A stretch of DNA of 62,793 bases, counting the filler. It is 10 parts of 10 records of this genome, joined end to end, with 100 filler letters (N's around TTAATTAATTAA, not from the genome) between each part and the next. Parts side by side here need not be neighbours in the genome. Positions count along the whole stretch, not along the records: positions 6,100 to 17,670 come from SRR11831585_456; positions 17,771 to 20,225 come from SRR11831585_481; positions 20,326 to 28,690 come from SRR11831585_482; 7 more parts are not named here. The stretch is one strand, 5' to 3'. The notes beneath the pieces are model-generated. The model was not told the origin of the DNA. It saw nothing but the letters and a program-made list of their open reading frames with translations, and did not search any database. Positions 12,850 to 24,771 of the stretch are shown in pieces; position 1 is the stretch's first letter; each line of letters starts with the position of its first letter. The position numbers and the translations under genes were made by a program.

Positions 12850-13861
12850 TTTTTTCCTTAAGCACTTTCAGATAATCCTGCACAGACTTGTTATGACTGG
12901 CAAGATTGGTATTAAACGTGTGACCACCTTTACCATCGGCCACAAAATAGAGATACGGCGTTTTTGCCGGATGCGCAGCAGCCTTCAGCGAATCCGCCCC
13001 CGGCGTCGCTATCGCACCTGGCGGCAGACCGGTAATGGTATAGGTGTTATACGCTGTCGGCGTTTCCAGGTCTGCACGAGAAAGTTTGCCATTATAACGC
13101 TCTCCCATCCCGTAAATCACGGTCGGGTCGGTCTGCAGGCGCATACCAATGCGTAAACGGTTGATAAATACTGAGGCAACCTTATCGCGTTCACTGGCAA
13201 CGGCGGTTTCTTTTTCGATAATTGATGCCATCGTCACCAACTGGTTTTTATCTTTATAAGGCAGACCGTCCGCACGCCCTTCCCAGGCGCTATCGACCGC
13301 TTTCACCATTTTCTTGTGCGCTCGCTTGAGTAACGCGACATCGGTGGTATTGGCGGTATACATCCAGGTGTCTGGCCAGAACCAACCTTCAATCCACTCC
13401 GGGTTTTCCAGTTCAAGTGCCTGCGCTACGGTGGCGTACTTATCATCGCTCAGCGTATGCTTGATATACGGGGCCTCACGCAATTGCTTGAGGTAATCGC
13501 TCAGACGCATCCCTTCTACCAGTCGCAGAGGGAACTGTGCTTCTTTACCGCTTTCCAGCAATTTCAGCATCTCGCGCACGGTCATCTGCGGTGTAAAGCG
13601 GTAAGTCCCGGCTTTAAAGTGAGAAAGATCCGGTTCGATACGCAGCAGCCATTGAAAAACCCGTGGACGATTGATGATCTTATCGGCATAAAGCTGTTCA
13701 CCGAGCGCCAGACGTCCGGTCCCTGGCTTCAGGGTAAATATCGTCTCTTCTTTGATAAGCAATTTGCTGTCGGCAAGATGGCGAACCTTCCAGACGCCCA
13801 CACCAGCGGCGATACCCAGTACCACCAGCAATAACAAGATTATCAATAACACTTTTTTCAT
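12839..13861 (-). CDS. mltG: Endolytic murein transglycosylase MltG (YceG)
   Basis: [21 protein letters not shown] and GLPPG motifs. Confidence 0.97.
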
Positions 13862-13863
13862 GA

Positions 13864-14673
13864 CTAATTCGGGCGCTCACAAAGTGGGGCTAAATATTCA
13901 TATAACGTTGCTGACGAAAAGGAGACATCGCCACAGGCACATACGGGCATCACTGGCATTAACGCATTACAAATAACCATCTCATCTGCCTGCAACGACT
14001 CTTCCAGAGAGGCTTGCACTTCGACAAGCTGATAAGAGGATTGTGCCAGCAAACGGATACAGAATTGTCGCATAATGCCGTTAACACCTGCCTGATCCAG
14101 TCGCGGCGTATAAACTACGTTGCCCTTCCGCCAGAACAAATTAGCCGCACAGCATTCCGTAACCCACCCTTCGCTGTCAAGGACCAGCGCCTCATCAGCG
14201 TTTGTCTGCTCAAGATGAGAGCGAATCAATACTTGCTCAAGACGATTGAGATGTTTAATACCTGCAAGATGAGGATTGCGCCCCAGCCGCACCGGGCTTA
14301 GCGCCAACGTAATCCCCTCGTTACGCAAACGGTCGTAATGTGCAGGATAAGCCGTAACGGAGAGAATCCGCGTTGCCGGTCCGCTGTTCAATGTGCTGTA
14401 CCCTCGCCCGCCACTACCGCGACTGATCACGACTTTCAGCACACCATTTTGCTGTTCTGCTGCCAGCGTTTTCATCTCTTGTTCAAGCTGAGGCCAGAAG
14501 TCACAGGAAATCATCAACCGCTGACAAGCATCCTGTAGTCGCTGGATATGCGCCGATAACAAACTGACTTTACCGTCGATAACTCTGGCGGTGGTAAAAC
14601 AACCATCACCAAACTGCGTTGCCCGATCGCTTACTGCCAGCGATTCCTGCTTATGACCGTTAATTAAGAACAT
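13864..14673 (-). CDS. pabC: 4-amino-4-deoxychorismate lyase
   Basis: FGDGCFTT and KHLNRLEQ motifs. Confidence 0.97.
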
Positions 14674-14745
14674 ACCGGCTCCTTATCAGAGAATTGTTAG
14701 TGTGGCAGCATGTTCACTACGGAACAAGTCGGAATAAAAGCTAAG

Positions 14746-14771
14746 AAAAAAGGCCCGCAAGCGGACCTTTT
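14746..14771 (-). terminator. Intrinsic terminator after fabF
   Basis: AAAAAAGGCCCGC-aa-GCGGACCTTTT hairpin. Confidence 0.7.
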
Positions 14772-14792
14772 ATAAGGGTGGAAAATGACAAC

Positions 14793-16064
<1,272 letters not shown>

Positions 16065-16121
16065 CTAGTGGGACAAAAAGATAAAACTCAGGCGGTCGAA
16101 CGACCGCCTGGAGATGTTCAC

Positions 16122-16358
16122 TTACGCCTGGTGGCCGTTGATGTAATCAATGGCAGCCTGAACGGTGGTGATTTTCTCAGCTTCTTCGTCCGGAATCTCA
16201 GTATCAAACTCTTCTTCCAGAGCCATTACCAGCTCAACGGTGTCAAGAGAATCCGCGCCCAGGTCTTCAACGAAAGAAGCATTGTTGGTAACTTCTTCCT
16301 GCTTAACGCCCAGCTGTTCGCCGATAATTTTCTTAACGCGTTCTTCGATAGTGCTCAT
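16122..16358 (-). CDS. acpP: Acyl carrier protein
   Basis: LGADSLD phosphopantetheine site, 78 aa; downstream hairpin at 16089-16110. Confidence 0.99.
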
Positions 16359-16568
16359 ACTCTTAAATTTCCTATCAAAACTCGCTTTCGCGATGGTTTT
16401 CGTAGTGTATAAAATGTTGAAAAATTTGCAACTAAATCCCGGCAGGTCTTACCACGATTTTACGTTATTTTGAGGCCTTACCCCCCAATAACGCAAATCA
16501 TTTTGCACTAATTATTACTCATAACCACGCAGACTGCGCGCAACATGAGCATTTTGTGCAAATCGCGG

Positions 16569-17303
16569 TCAGACCATGTACATCCCGCCGTTCACATGCA
16601 AAGTTTCACCCGTGATGTAAGCTGCTTCGTCGGATGCCAGGAATGCAACCGCGTTGGCGATTTCCTGTGCGCCGCCGAGGCGACCCGCAGGAACCTGCGC
16701 CAGGATACCCGCACGCTGGTCATCGCTCAGCGCACGTGTCATGTCCGTTTCAATAAAGCCCGGAGCAACAACGTTTACAGTAATACCGCGTGACGCAACT
16801 TCGCGCGCCAGTGATTTACTGAAGCCGATCAAGCCCGCTTTCGCCGCAGCGTAGTTGGCCTGACCGCCATTTCCCATGGTACCAACCACAGAACCGATAG
16901 TGATAATACGACCATGACGCTTTTTCATCATAGCGCGCATTACCGCTTTTGACAGACGGAAAACAGATGAAAGGTTGGTTTCGATAATATCGTTCCACTC
17001 TTCATCTTTCATTCGCATTAACAGGTTATCACGAGTGATACCGGCATTATTGACCAGGATATCCACTTCACCAAATTCTGCGCGAATTTTTTCCAGAACA
17101 GATTCGATAGATGCCGGGTCGGTCACATTCAACATCAGACCTTTGCCGTTGGCACCTAAATAATCACTGATCGCCTGAGCGCCATTTTCACTGGTCGCAG
17201 TGCCAATAACTTTCGCGCCACGGGCTGCGAGCGTTTCAGCAATTGCGCGGCCAATTCCGCGGCTTGCACCGGTTACCAGTGCGATTTTTCCTTCAAAATT
17301 CAT
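16569..17303 (-). CDS. fabG: 3-oxoacyl-ACP reductase
   Basis: TGASRGIG, NNAG and YAAAK motifs. Confidence 0.98.
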   Translation of the reverse strand: MNFEGKIALVTGASRGIGRAIAETLAARGAKVIGTATSENGAQAISDYLGANGKGLMLNVTDPASIESVLEKIRAEFGEVDILVNNAGITRDNLLMRMKDEEWNDIIETNLSSVFRLSKAVMRAMMKKRHGRIITIGSVVGTMGNGGQANYAAAKAGLIGFSKSLAREVASRGITVNVVAPGFIETDMTRALSDDQRAGILAQVPAGRLGGAQEIANAVAFLASDEAAYITGETLHVNGGMYMV

Positions 17304-17315
17304 GATTTTCCTCTT

Positions 17316-17670
17316 TTAAAGCTCGAGCGCCGCTGCCATCGCTGAAGGTTCGTTCAGCGCCGAGGCGGTCAGGGTGTCGACAATGCGTTTCGTCAGGCCA
17401 GTAAGCACTTTGCCCGGGCCGACTTCATAGAGATGTTCTACGCCTTGCGCTGCCATGTACTCAACAGACTTCGTCCACTGAACCGGGTTATACAACTGAC
17501 GTACCAGTGCGTCACGGATGGCATCACCATTGGTTTCGCATTTCACATCAACGTTATTCACAACAGGAACTGTTGGTGCGTTAAAGGTGATTTTCGCTAA
17601 TTCTACTGCCAGTTTGTCGGCTGCTGGTTTCATCAGCGCACAGTGAGACGGTACGCTCACTGGTAACGGC
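17316..17670 (-). CDS. fabD: Malonyl-CoA:ACP transacylase (3' part)
   Basis: VSVPSHC, QLYNPVQW and EVGPGKVL; directly upstream of fabG. Confidence 0.96.
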
Positions 17671-18081
17671 NNNNNNNNNNNNNNNNNNNNNNNNNNNNNN
17701 NNNNNNNNNNNNNNTTAATTAATTAANNNNNNNNNNNNNNNNNNNNNNNNNNNNNNNNNNNNNNNNNNNNAATGCCGAAGGTCTACCGAGCTAGCCAACA
17801 CATGAGGGACATTTCTGTATGCAGATTTCTGTCAAGCTGTACAGAGTATATTCCCGGAAATTTCCTATGAACGCACGGTGTCAGAGATCTATTTTAGGAA
17901 GTTTTGACGTGAATATTCTGCTAAGGACCTATCTTATGACATTCCGGCGAAAACGAAAAAAATAGCTGACAGCAAATTCGGCGAATGTGCGCACGTCTTA
18001 TGACGGCCATACGGGCGAAAGTGCACACATATTTGCTGCAAATTGGCCGAGCTCAGTCCATTGTGGAAGCGTATCGAGAAC

Positions 18082-18795
18082 ATGTCCCAACCGCAGTCGC
18101 AAATTGTATCTCAAAATGGCCGATCGGGTGCATCTCAGATGCAGATGCAGATGGGGCCTGGTGCCTCGGGGAGCGAGAAGAAACGAGGCACGTACGTAGT
18201 GTTCCCGAAGGAGTACAAGTGTGCGGTGCTTCGCAGATTAACGGAAGAAGCGCAGAAGAGAGGATCGGACAACCCTCTGAATCTCTTCAATGCGGATATT
18301 GCAAAGATCTCGGAGGATGAACGACAACGCTACAATAGACAGCATCCAACTGCCATGTTACTGTCCGCTTGGGCCCCACCTCAGATCCGCGATTCGGTGC
18401 GCGGACATCATGAGCGCGTCAAGAAGAGAAAGGAACGCGACGGTGACGCTGCTGGCTTCGATGAATATGATGCGCTTGTGGAAAACATGTTCCGGGACAA
18501 AGAACAGGCCATGCGCACCGTGGACGACAACACACTGAATCCGGACGCCGATGGCAGGGAGGCGGAGCGTGTTTTCGCGGAACCGCAGAACGGTGCGCAG
18601 CGGAGAAAGCGTGACGATCTGTACGATGCGCAGCTAGAGCTGTACCGTTCCCACAAAGTCATGGTGGACATGATTGTGGACGCGATCCTTCCAGGTATGC
18701 AGCAAGTGCAGTCCTCAATGCAAGAGATTGCCCGTCGCGTCACCCGCGTGCTGCCTGCGGTCAACACACCCCCCCCTGCGGTCAACATCGAGTAA
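18082..18795 (+). CDS. Transposon accessory protein, putative Myb/SANT (trihelix)-like DNA-binding ORF2
   Basis: Intact 237-aa ORF from the first ATG; basic NLS-like KKRG, RVKKRK and RRKR; helical core with W...QIRD; position opposite the transposase. The domain call is inferred from context. Confidence 0.6.
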   Translation: MSQPQSQIVSQNGRSGASQMQMQMGPGASGSEKKRGTYVVFPKEYKCAVLRRLTEEAQKRGSDNPLNLFNADIAKISEDERQRYNRQHPTAMLLSAWAPPQIRDSVRGHHERVKKRKERDGDAAGFDEYDALVENMFRDKEQAMRTVDDNTLNPDADGREAERVFAEPQNGAQRRKRDDLYDAQLELYRSHKVMVDMIVDAILPGMQQVQSSMQEIARRVTRVLPAVNTPPPAVNIE

Positions 18796-18967
18796 TGTAT
18801 GTTACTGTCATGAGGGCTCTCGATTAAGTGTTTATTCGTACGTGTACATATGCTACAACTGCCAATTTTTACAACGCTACAATAAATGAGAATGGACCGC
18901 ATGTAGCGCCTTCATACTCACACAGATGCGCGACTGTACATGCGTCACATCATATTGGTTGGCGCGG

Positions 18968-20089
18968 TCACGTGTCACCAGCGCCCCTTCGGATCCACGC
19001 GCGGCGGAGGCGCATCCAGCGATTGGTCAGGATAATGCAACAGCGGAAAAACAAGGGAGCGTACATGGGATTGCCCTTGTACGGGCGGCTCACAAACGGA
19101 TACTGCTCCTTGAGGCGCGCGTGCACGTTCTCATCCTGCGCTCTGACCCTCCCCACACCGAGATTGAAGCACAGCCGATGGGAGAAGCCAAGGTCGGTGA
19201 TCAGGTACTCCCCCGCAGAGAACAGCTCGTTCGCACGCGCCGCGATGCTGCGGCTGAAGTGCCCCTGATCGTTGGTGACGCCACCCGGCACATACGAGTG
19301 GAAGATGCACACGCCGCGGTAGTCGGTCACCATCAGGTGCAGCCACAGCGCCTTCCTCTGCATGCCACTCAGGTACACGAGCTTGTTCTTGGGCCGGTGC
19401 TGCATCTGCAGGTACTGGTACGTGCCGTCCACGAACCCGATCGCTGAGGGGTGCCCATCTATGCGGTTGCGGTACTGCGTGCGGCGCGCCTCGGCGTCGG
19501 GCCAGGCGATCTCGTACGCCAGCGTCTCCACCATCGCAGACACCGTGCGGTGCACAATACGGCGCACCGTCTCCTTGTGCAGACCTGTCTGTGTCGCCAG
19601 ATAGCTCAGCTTCACGTGGCTGGCCAAGCGAGCGAGCGTGATGTAGATCTGCTCGCGGAGACCAAGCCTGCATCGAACGCCGCTCAGCGTGGGAGCCAGC
19701 TCGCGCACAAGGTCATCCAATTCACCCGGGCTGAACCGCACATTCTCTTCGTACGTGGCTTCGTGCGTGCGGATGAGCGAATCTAGAGACAGCTGGGTTT
19801 GCACCGGGTAAAAAATACGATCGTCGCGATACCCCACAGCAGAGTAACCCTTCCCACAGTTCCGCGGAGCAAGAGGGGGCACGATCATTCCGGCGATGGC
19901 CATCAGCAGCACGCGCTGAAGAAAATCTAGAACACTCAATAAATCAATACAGAGCAACAGAAGATACCAATTCCGGCCGCCCACGCCCTCCACATCGGCC
20001 GCATCTGATGACTCCATTTCACGGACCAGAACTTTGCTGGGTGCACATTCGCACGACCCCGAGAATGCCGACTCGCATGTTCGTTTCAT
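18968..20089 (-). CDS. DDE transposase, HARBI1/IS5-like (HTH_Tnp_4 + DDE_Tnp_4)
   Basis: HTH LREQIYITLARLAS...LATQTGLHKETVRRIV; IAWP; AIGFVDGT; YLSG..RK; PGG..ND; LITDLGF; R..DENVHARLK. Start uncertain (ATG 20089, 20182 or later). Confidence 0.85.
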   Translation of the reverse strand: MKRTCESAFSGSCECAPSKVLVREMESSDAADVEGVGGRNWYLLLLCIDLLSVLDFLQRVLLMAIAGMIVPPLAPRNCGKGYSAVGYRDDRIFYPVQTQLSLDSLIRTHEATYEENVRFSPGELDDLVRELAPTLSGVRCRLGLREQIYITLARLASHVKLSYLATQTGLHKETVRRIVHRTVSAMVETLAYEIAWPDAEARRTQYRNRIDGHPSAIGFVDGTYQYLQMQHRPKNKLVYLSGMQRKALWLHLMVTDYRGVCIFHSYVPGGVTNDQGHFSRSIAARANELFSAGEYLITDLGFSHRLCFNLGVGRVRAQDENVHARLKEQYPFVSRPYKGNPMYAPLFFRCCIILTNRWMRLRRAWIRRGAGDT

Positions 20090-20325
20090 CGTCAGTACGC
20101 TATTTGAGCGGAAATGGTGGCCCTGCAACAAATTCCGGGAAATTCGGCTGTCATGGGTACGGCCGAATTTTTCGACGAACATTCAGTCACTGTCATAAGA
20201 CGTGGAAAATCATGTTCGGCCGAATNNNNNNNNNNNNNNNNNNNNNNNNNNNNNNNNNNNNNNNNNNNNTTAATTAATTAANNNNNNNNNNNNNNNNNNN
20301 NNNNNNNNNNNNNNNNNNNNNNNNN

Positions 20326-20350
20326 GCCTGATAAGCGTAGCGCATCAGGC
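20326..20350. repeat. REP (PU) element at contig start
   Basis: GCCTGATAAGCGTAGCGCATCAGGC. Confidence 0.9.
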
Positions 20351-20401
20351 AGTTTGGCGTTTGTCATCAGAGCCAACCACGTCCGCAGACGTGGTTGCTA
20401 T

Positions 20402-21154
20402 TCAGATAACGTCGATTTCAGCGACTGACGGGTAAATCCAGCTGGGGCGGAAAGGCATACTGTCGATATCGTCGAGCGACGAAACACCAGAAAGCACCAG
20501 AATCGTCTCCAGACCTGCCTGGAAGCCGGCCAGAATATCGGTACGCAGGTTATCGCCGACAATCACCGTTTCTTCCGAATGCGCCTGCATTTTGTTTAAT
20601 GCTGCGCGGATGATCCACGGGCTGGGCTTACCAACATAGAACGGTTTGCGCCCGGAGATTTTCTCAATCCCTGCACACAACGCGCCACAAGCGGGATAAA
20701 AACCGCGCCCGTGGGTGTCCGGATTGGTGGCGATAAAACGTGCACCGTTAGCGACGAAATAGGCTGCTTTATGCATCATGTCCCAGTTGTAGGAACGCGT
20801 TTCGCCAACAATCACGAAATCAGGGTTCACATCGGTAATAGTGAAACCGGCTTTGTACAGTTCATGAATCAGTGCGCCTTCGCCCACCACATACGCTTTC
20901 TTGCCTTCCTGGCGACGCAGGAAATCGGCAGTCGCCATCGCAGAGGTATAAAACACGCTGTCAGGTACATCGACACCTGCGGTGGCAAAGCGGTTCGCCA
21001 GATCTTGCCCAGTCTGCGAAGGATAGTTGGTCAGCAACACCAGCGGCAGGCCTTTATCCATAATCCCGTGCAAAAATTCCGCTGCACCCGGTACGGCGAC
21101 GTTATCGTGCATCAGCACGCCGTCGATATCGCAAATTACATTTTTAATGGTCAT
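20402..21154 (-). CDS. nagD: HAD-family UMP phosphatase NagD
   Basis: DIDGVL, GKP and GDNLRTDI motifs. Confidence 0.97.
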   Translation of the reverse strand: MTIKNVICDIDGVLMHDNVAVPGAAEFLHGIMDKGLPLVLLTNYPSQTGQDLANRFATAGVDVPDSVFYTSAMATADFLRRQEGKKAYVVGEGALIHELYKAGFTITDVNPDFVIVGETRSYNWDMMHKAAYFVANGARFIATNPDTHGRGFYPACGALCAGIEKISGRKPFYVGKPSPWIIRAALNKMQAHSEETVIVGDNLRTDILAGFQAGLETILVLSGVSSLDDIDSMPFRPSWIYPSVAEIDVI

Positions 21155-21201
21155 GGACTACCCAGAATATTGACAACAATAAGCGCCACTATAAAAGCAC
21201 A

Positions 21202-22422
21202 TTAATTTTCCAGCAAATGCTGGAGCAAAATACCGTTGAGCATGGCGCGTTTTACCAGCGCAAAAGCGCCGATTGCCGAGCGGTGATCCAGCTCAGAACG
21301 TACCACCGGCAGATTAGTGCGAAACGCCTTCAGCGCCTGGGTATTAATGCAGCTTTCAATAGCAGGGAGCAGCACTTTATCGGCTTCGGTGATTTCACCG
21401 GCAATAACAATTTTTTGCGGATTAAATAAGTTGATAGCAATGGCGATGGTTTTACCCAGATGACGACCGACATACTCAATTACTTCCGACGCCAGACTAT
21501 CGCCTTTGTTCGCGGCTTTGCAGATAGTTTTGATGGTGCAGTCGTCCAGCGGCACGCGGCTCTGGTAGCCCTGCTTTAACAGATTCAACACCCGTTGTTC
21601 AATGGCAGCGTTGGCAGCGATAGTTTCCAGGCAGCCAAAGTTGCCGCAGTGGCAGCGTTCACCCAGCGGTTCGACCTGAATATGGCCAATTTCACCGACG
21701 TTGCCGTTGCGGCCAATAAAAATGCGCCCGTTAGAGATAATCCCGGCCCCGGTTCCGCGATGGACACGCACCAGAATGGAGTCTTCGCAATCCTGACTTG
21801 CACCGAAGTAGTGCTCCGCCAGCGCCAGACTACGGATATCGTGACCAACGAAACAGGTCACTTTAAAACGTTCTTCCAGAGCTTCTACCAGCCCCCAGTT
21901 TTCTACCTGAATATGCGGCATGTAATGAATTTTGCCGCTGTCCGGGTCAACAAGCCCTGGCAGGATCACCGAAATCGCGATCAGCTCGCGCAGTTTGCGC
22001 TGGTAGCTATCAATAAACTGAGCAATGGCATTCAACAGGGCATGTTCCAGCGTTTGCTGGGTACGTTCCGGCAGCGGGTAATGTTCTTCTGCCAGCACTT
22101 TGCTGCTGAGATCAAACAGAGTGATGGTGGCGTCATGACGACCAAGCCGTACGCCGATTGCGTGGAAATTGCGGGTTTCGGTGACGATGGAGATAGCGCG
22201 GCGGCCCCCGGTGGAGGCCTGCTGATCAACTTCTTTGATCAGCCCGCGTTCGATAAGCTGACGCGTAATTTTGGTTACGCTGGCGGGGGCAAGCTGGCTT
22301 TGCTCGGCAATCTGAATCCGCGAGATTGGCCCGTACTGGTCAATCAGGCGATAAACCGCCGCGCTGTTAAGCTGTTTTACGAGATCAACATTACCTATCT
22401 GAGCTTGTCCGCCTGGTGTCAT
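21202..22422 (-). CDS. nagC: ROK-family repressor NagC
   Basis: HTH plus GEIGH...CHCGNFGCLE, 406 aa. Confidence 0.98.
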   Translation of the reverse strand: MTPGGQAQIGNVDLVKQLNSAAVYRLIDQYGPISRIQIAEQSQLAPASVTKITRQLIERGLIKEVDQQASTGGRRAISIVTETRNFHAIGVRLGRHDATITLFDLSSKVLAEEHYPLPERTQQTLEHALLNAIAQFIDSYQRKLRELIAISVILPGLVDPDSGKIHYMPHIQVENWGLVEALEERFKVTCFVGHDIRSLALAEHYFGASQDCEDSILVRVHRGTGAGIISNGRIFIGRNGNVGEIGHIQVEPLGERCHCGNFGCLETIAANAAIEQRVLNLLKQGYQSRVPLDDCTIKTICKAANKGDSLASEVIEYVGRHLGKTIAIAINLFNPQKIVIAGEITEADKVLLPAIESCINTQALKAFRTNLPVVRSELDHRSAIGAFALVKRAMLNGILLQHLLEN

Positions 22423-22430
22423 ACTTTCTC

Positions 22431-24439
<2,009 letters not shown>

Positions 24440-24529
24440 TATTCACCTCAATAAGTAAAATGTAAGCCGTTGGCGGATTAGGCATCTTTAAGCGTAACCT
24501 GGATTTGCGCAGACAGGCGTCAATCCGAC

Positions 24530-24655
24530 CTGATTTTTTGAATGATAAAATAAGTTTTCTGGTTTAGCCAGTAAAAGGGAGTGATAATAACGATATTTGG
24601 TGACAAAACTCACAAAAGACACGCGTTTAATTTGCGATACGAATTAAATTTTCAC
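24530..24655. promoter_or_regulatory. Divergent nagB/nagE control region with CRP site and NagC operator
   Basis: GGTGA-N6-TCACA CRP-like site at about 24599-24614; TTAATTTGCGATACGAATTAA quasi-palindrome at about 24627-24647. Confidence 0.7.
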
Positions 24656-24771
24656 ACACTCTGTAGCAGATGATCTAACAATCTGATTACAGAACATCGG
24701 CAGTACAATTTGCAGCAAAATAAAAATACGGCTTGAAACGAGCCAAATAGGGTTCTCGTAGGGGGAATAAG

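Larger units (their letters stand above)
17925..20225. mobile_element. Eukaryotic PIF/Harbinger-superfamily (PHIS)-like DNA transposon, right tip missing
   Basis: DDE transposase plus a convergent second ORF; inverted 13-mer CACGTCTTATGAC (17992-18004) / GTCATAAGACGTG (20192-20204); candidate left end TAA|GGACC at 17922-17929. Confidence 0.75.

Noticed and set aside
17851-17863. TTCCCGGAAATTT matching the reverse complement of AAATTCCGGGAA at about 20130-20141 as a TIR
   Set aside because: Its order relative to the other mirrored motifs is inconsistent with a terminal repeat; may be chance or a remnant
18754-18787. 13-bp direct repeat CCTGCGGTCAACA at the ORF2 3' end
   Set aside because: Small in-frame duplication (PAVN twice) with no evident function
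18082-18795. ORF2 as a Fanzor/TnpB or YqaJ nuclease
   Set aside because: No RuvC motifs, no CxxC zinc finger and no recognisable PD-(D/E)xK pattern
19916-19967. Possible intron (GTATCT...TTCAG) in the transposase N-terminus
   Set aside because: 52 nt (or 41 nt to the alternative AG) would break the frame, and the 52-nt splice leaves no upstream ATG in frame; the ORF is open without splicing. Unresolved without RNA data.
17771-20225. Eukaryotic transposon inserted into E. coli between fabD and nagD (cross-domain HGT)
   Set aside because: Bounded by linkers on both sides, and fabD and nagD are not neighbours in E. coli
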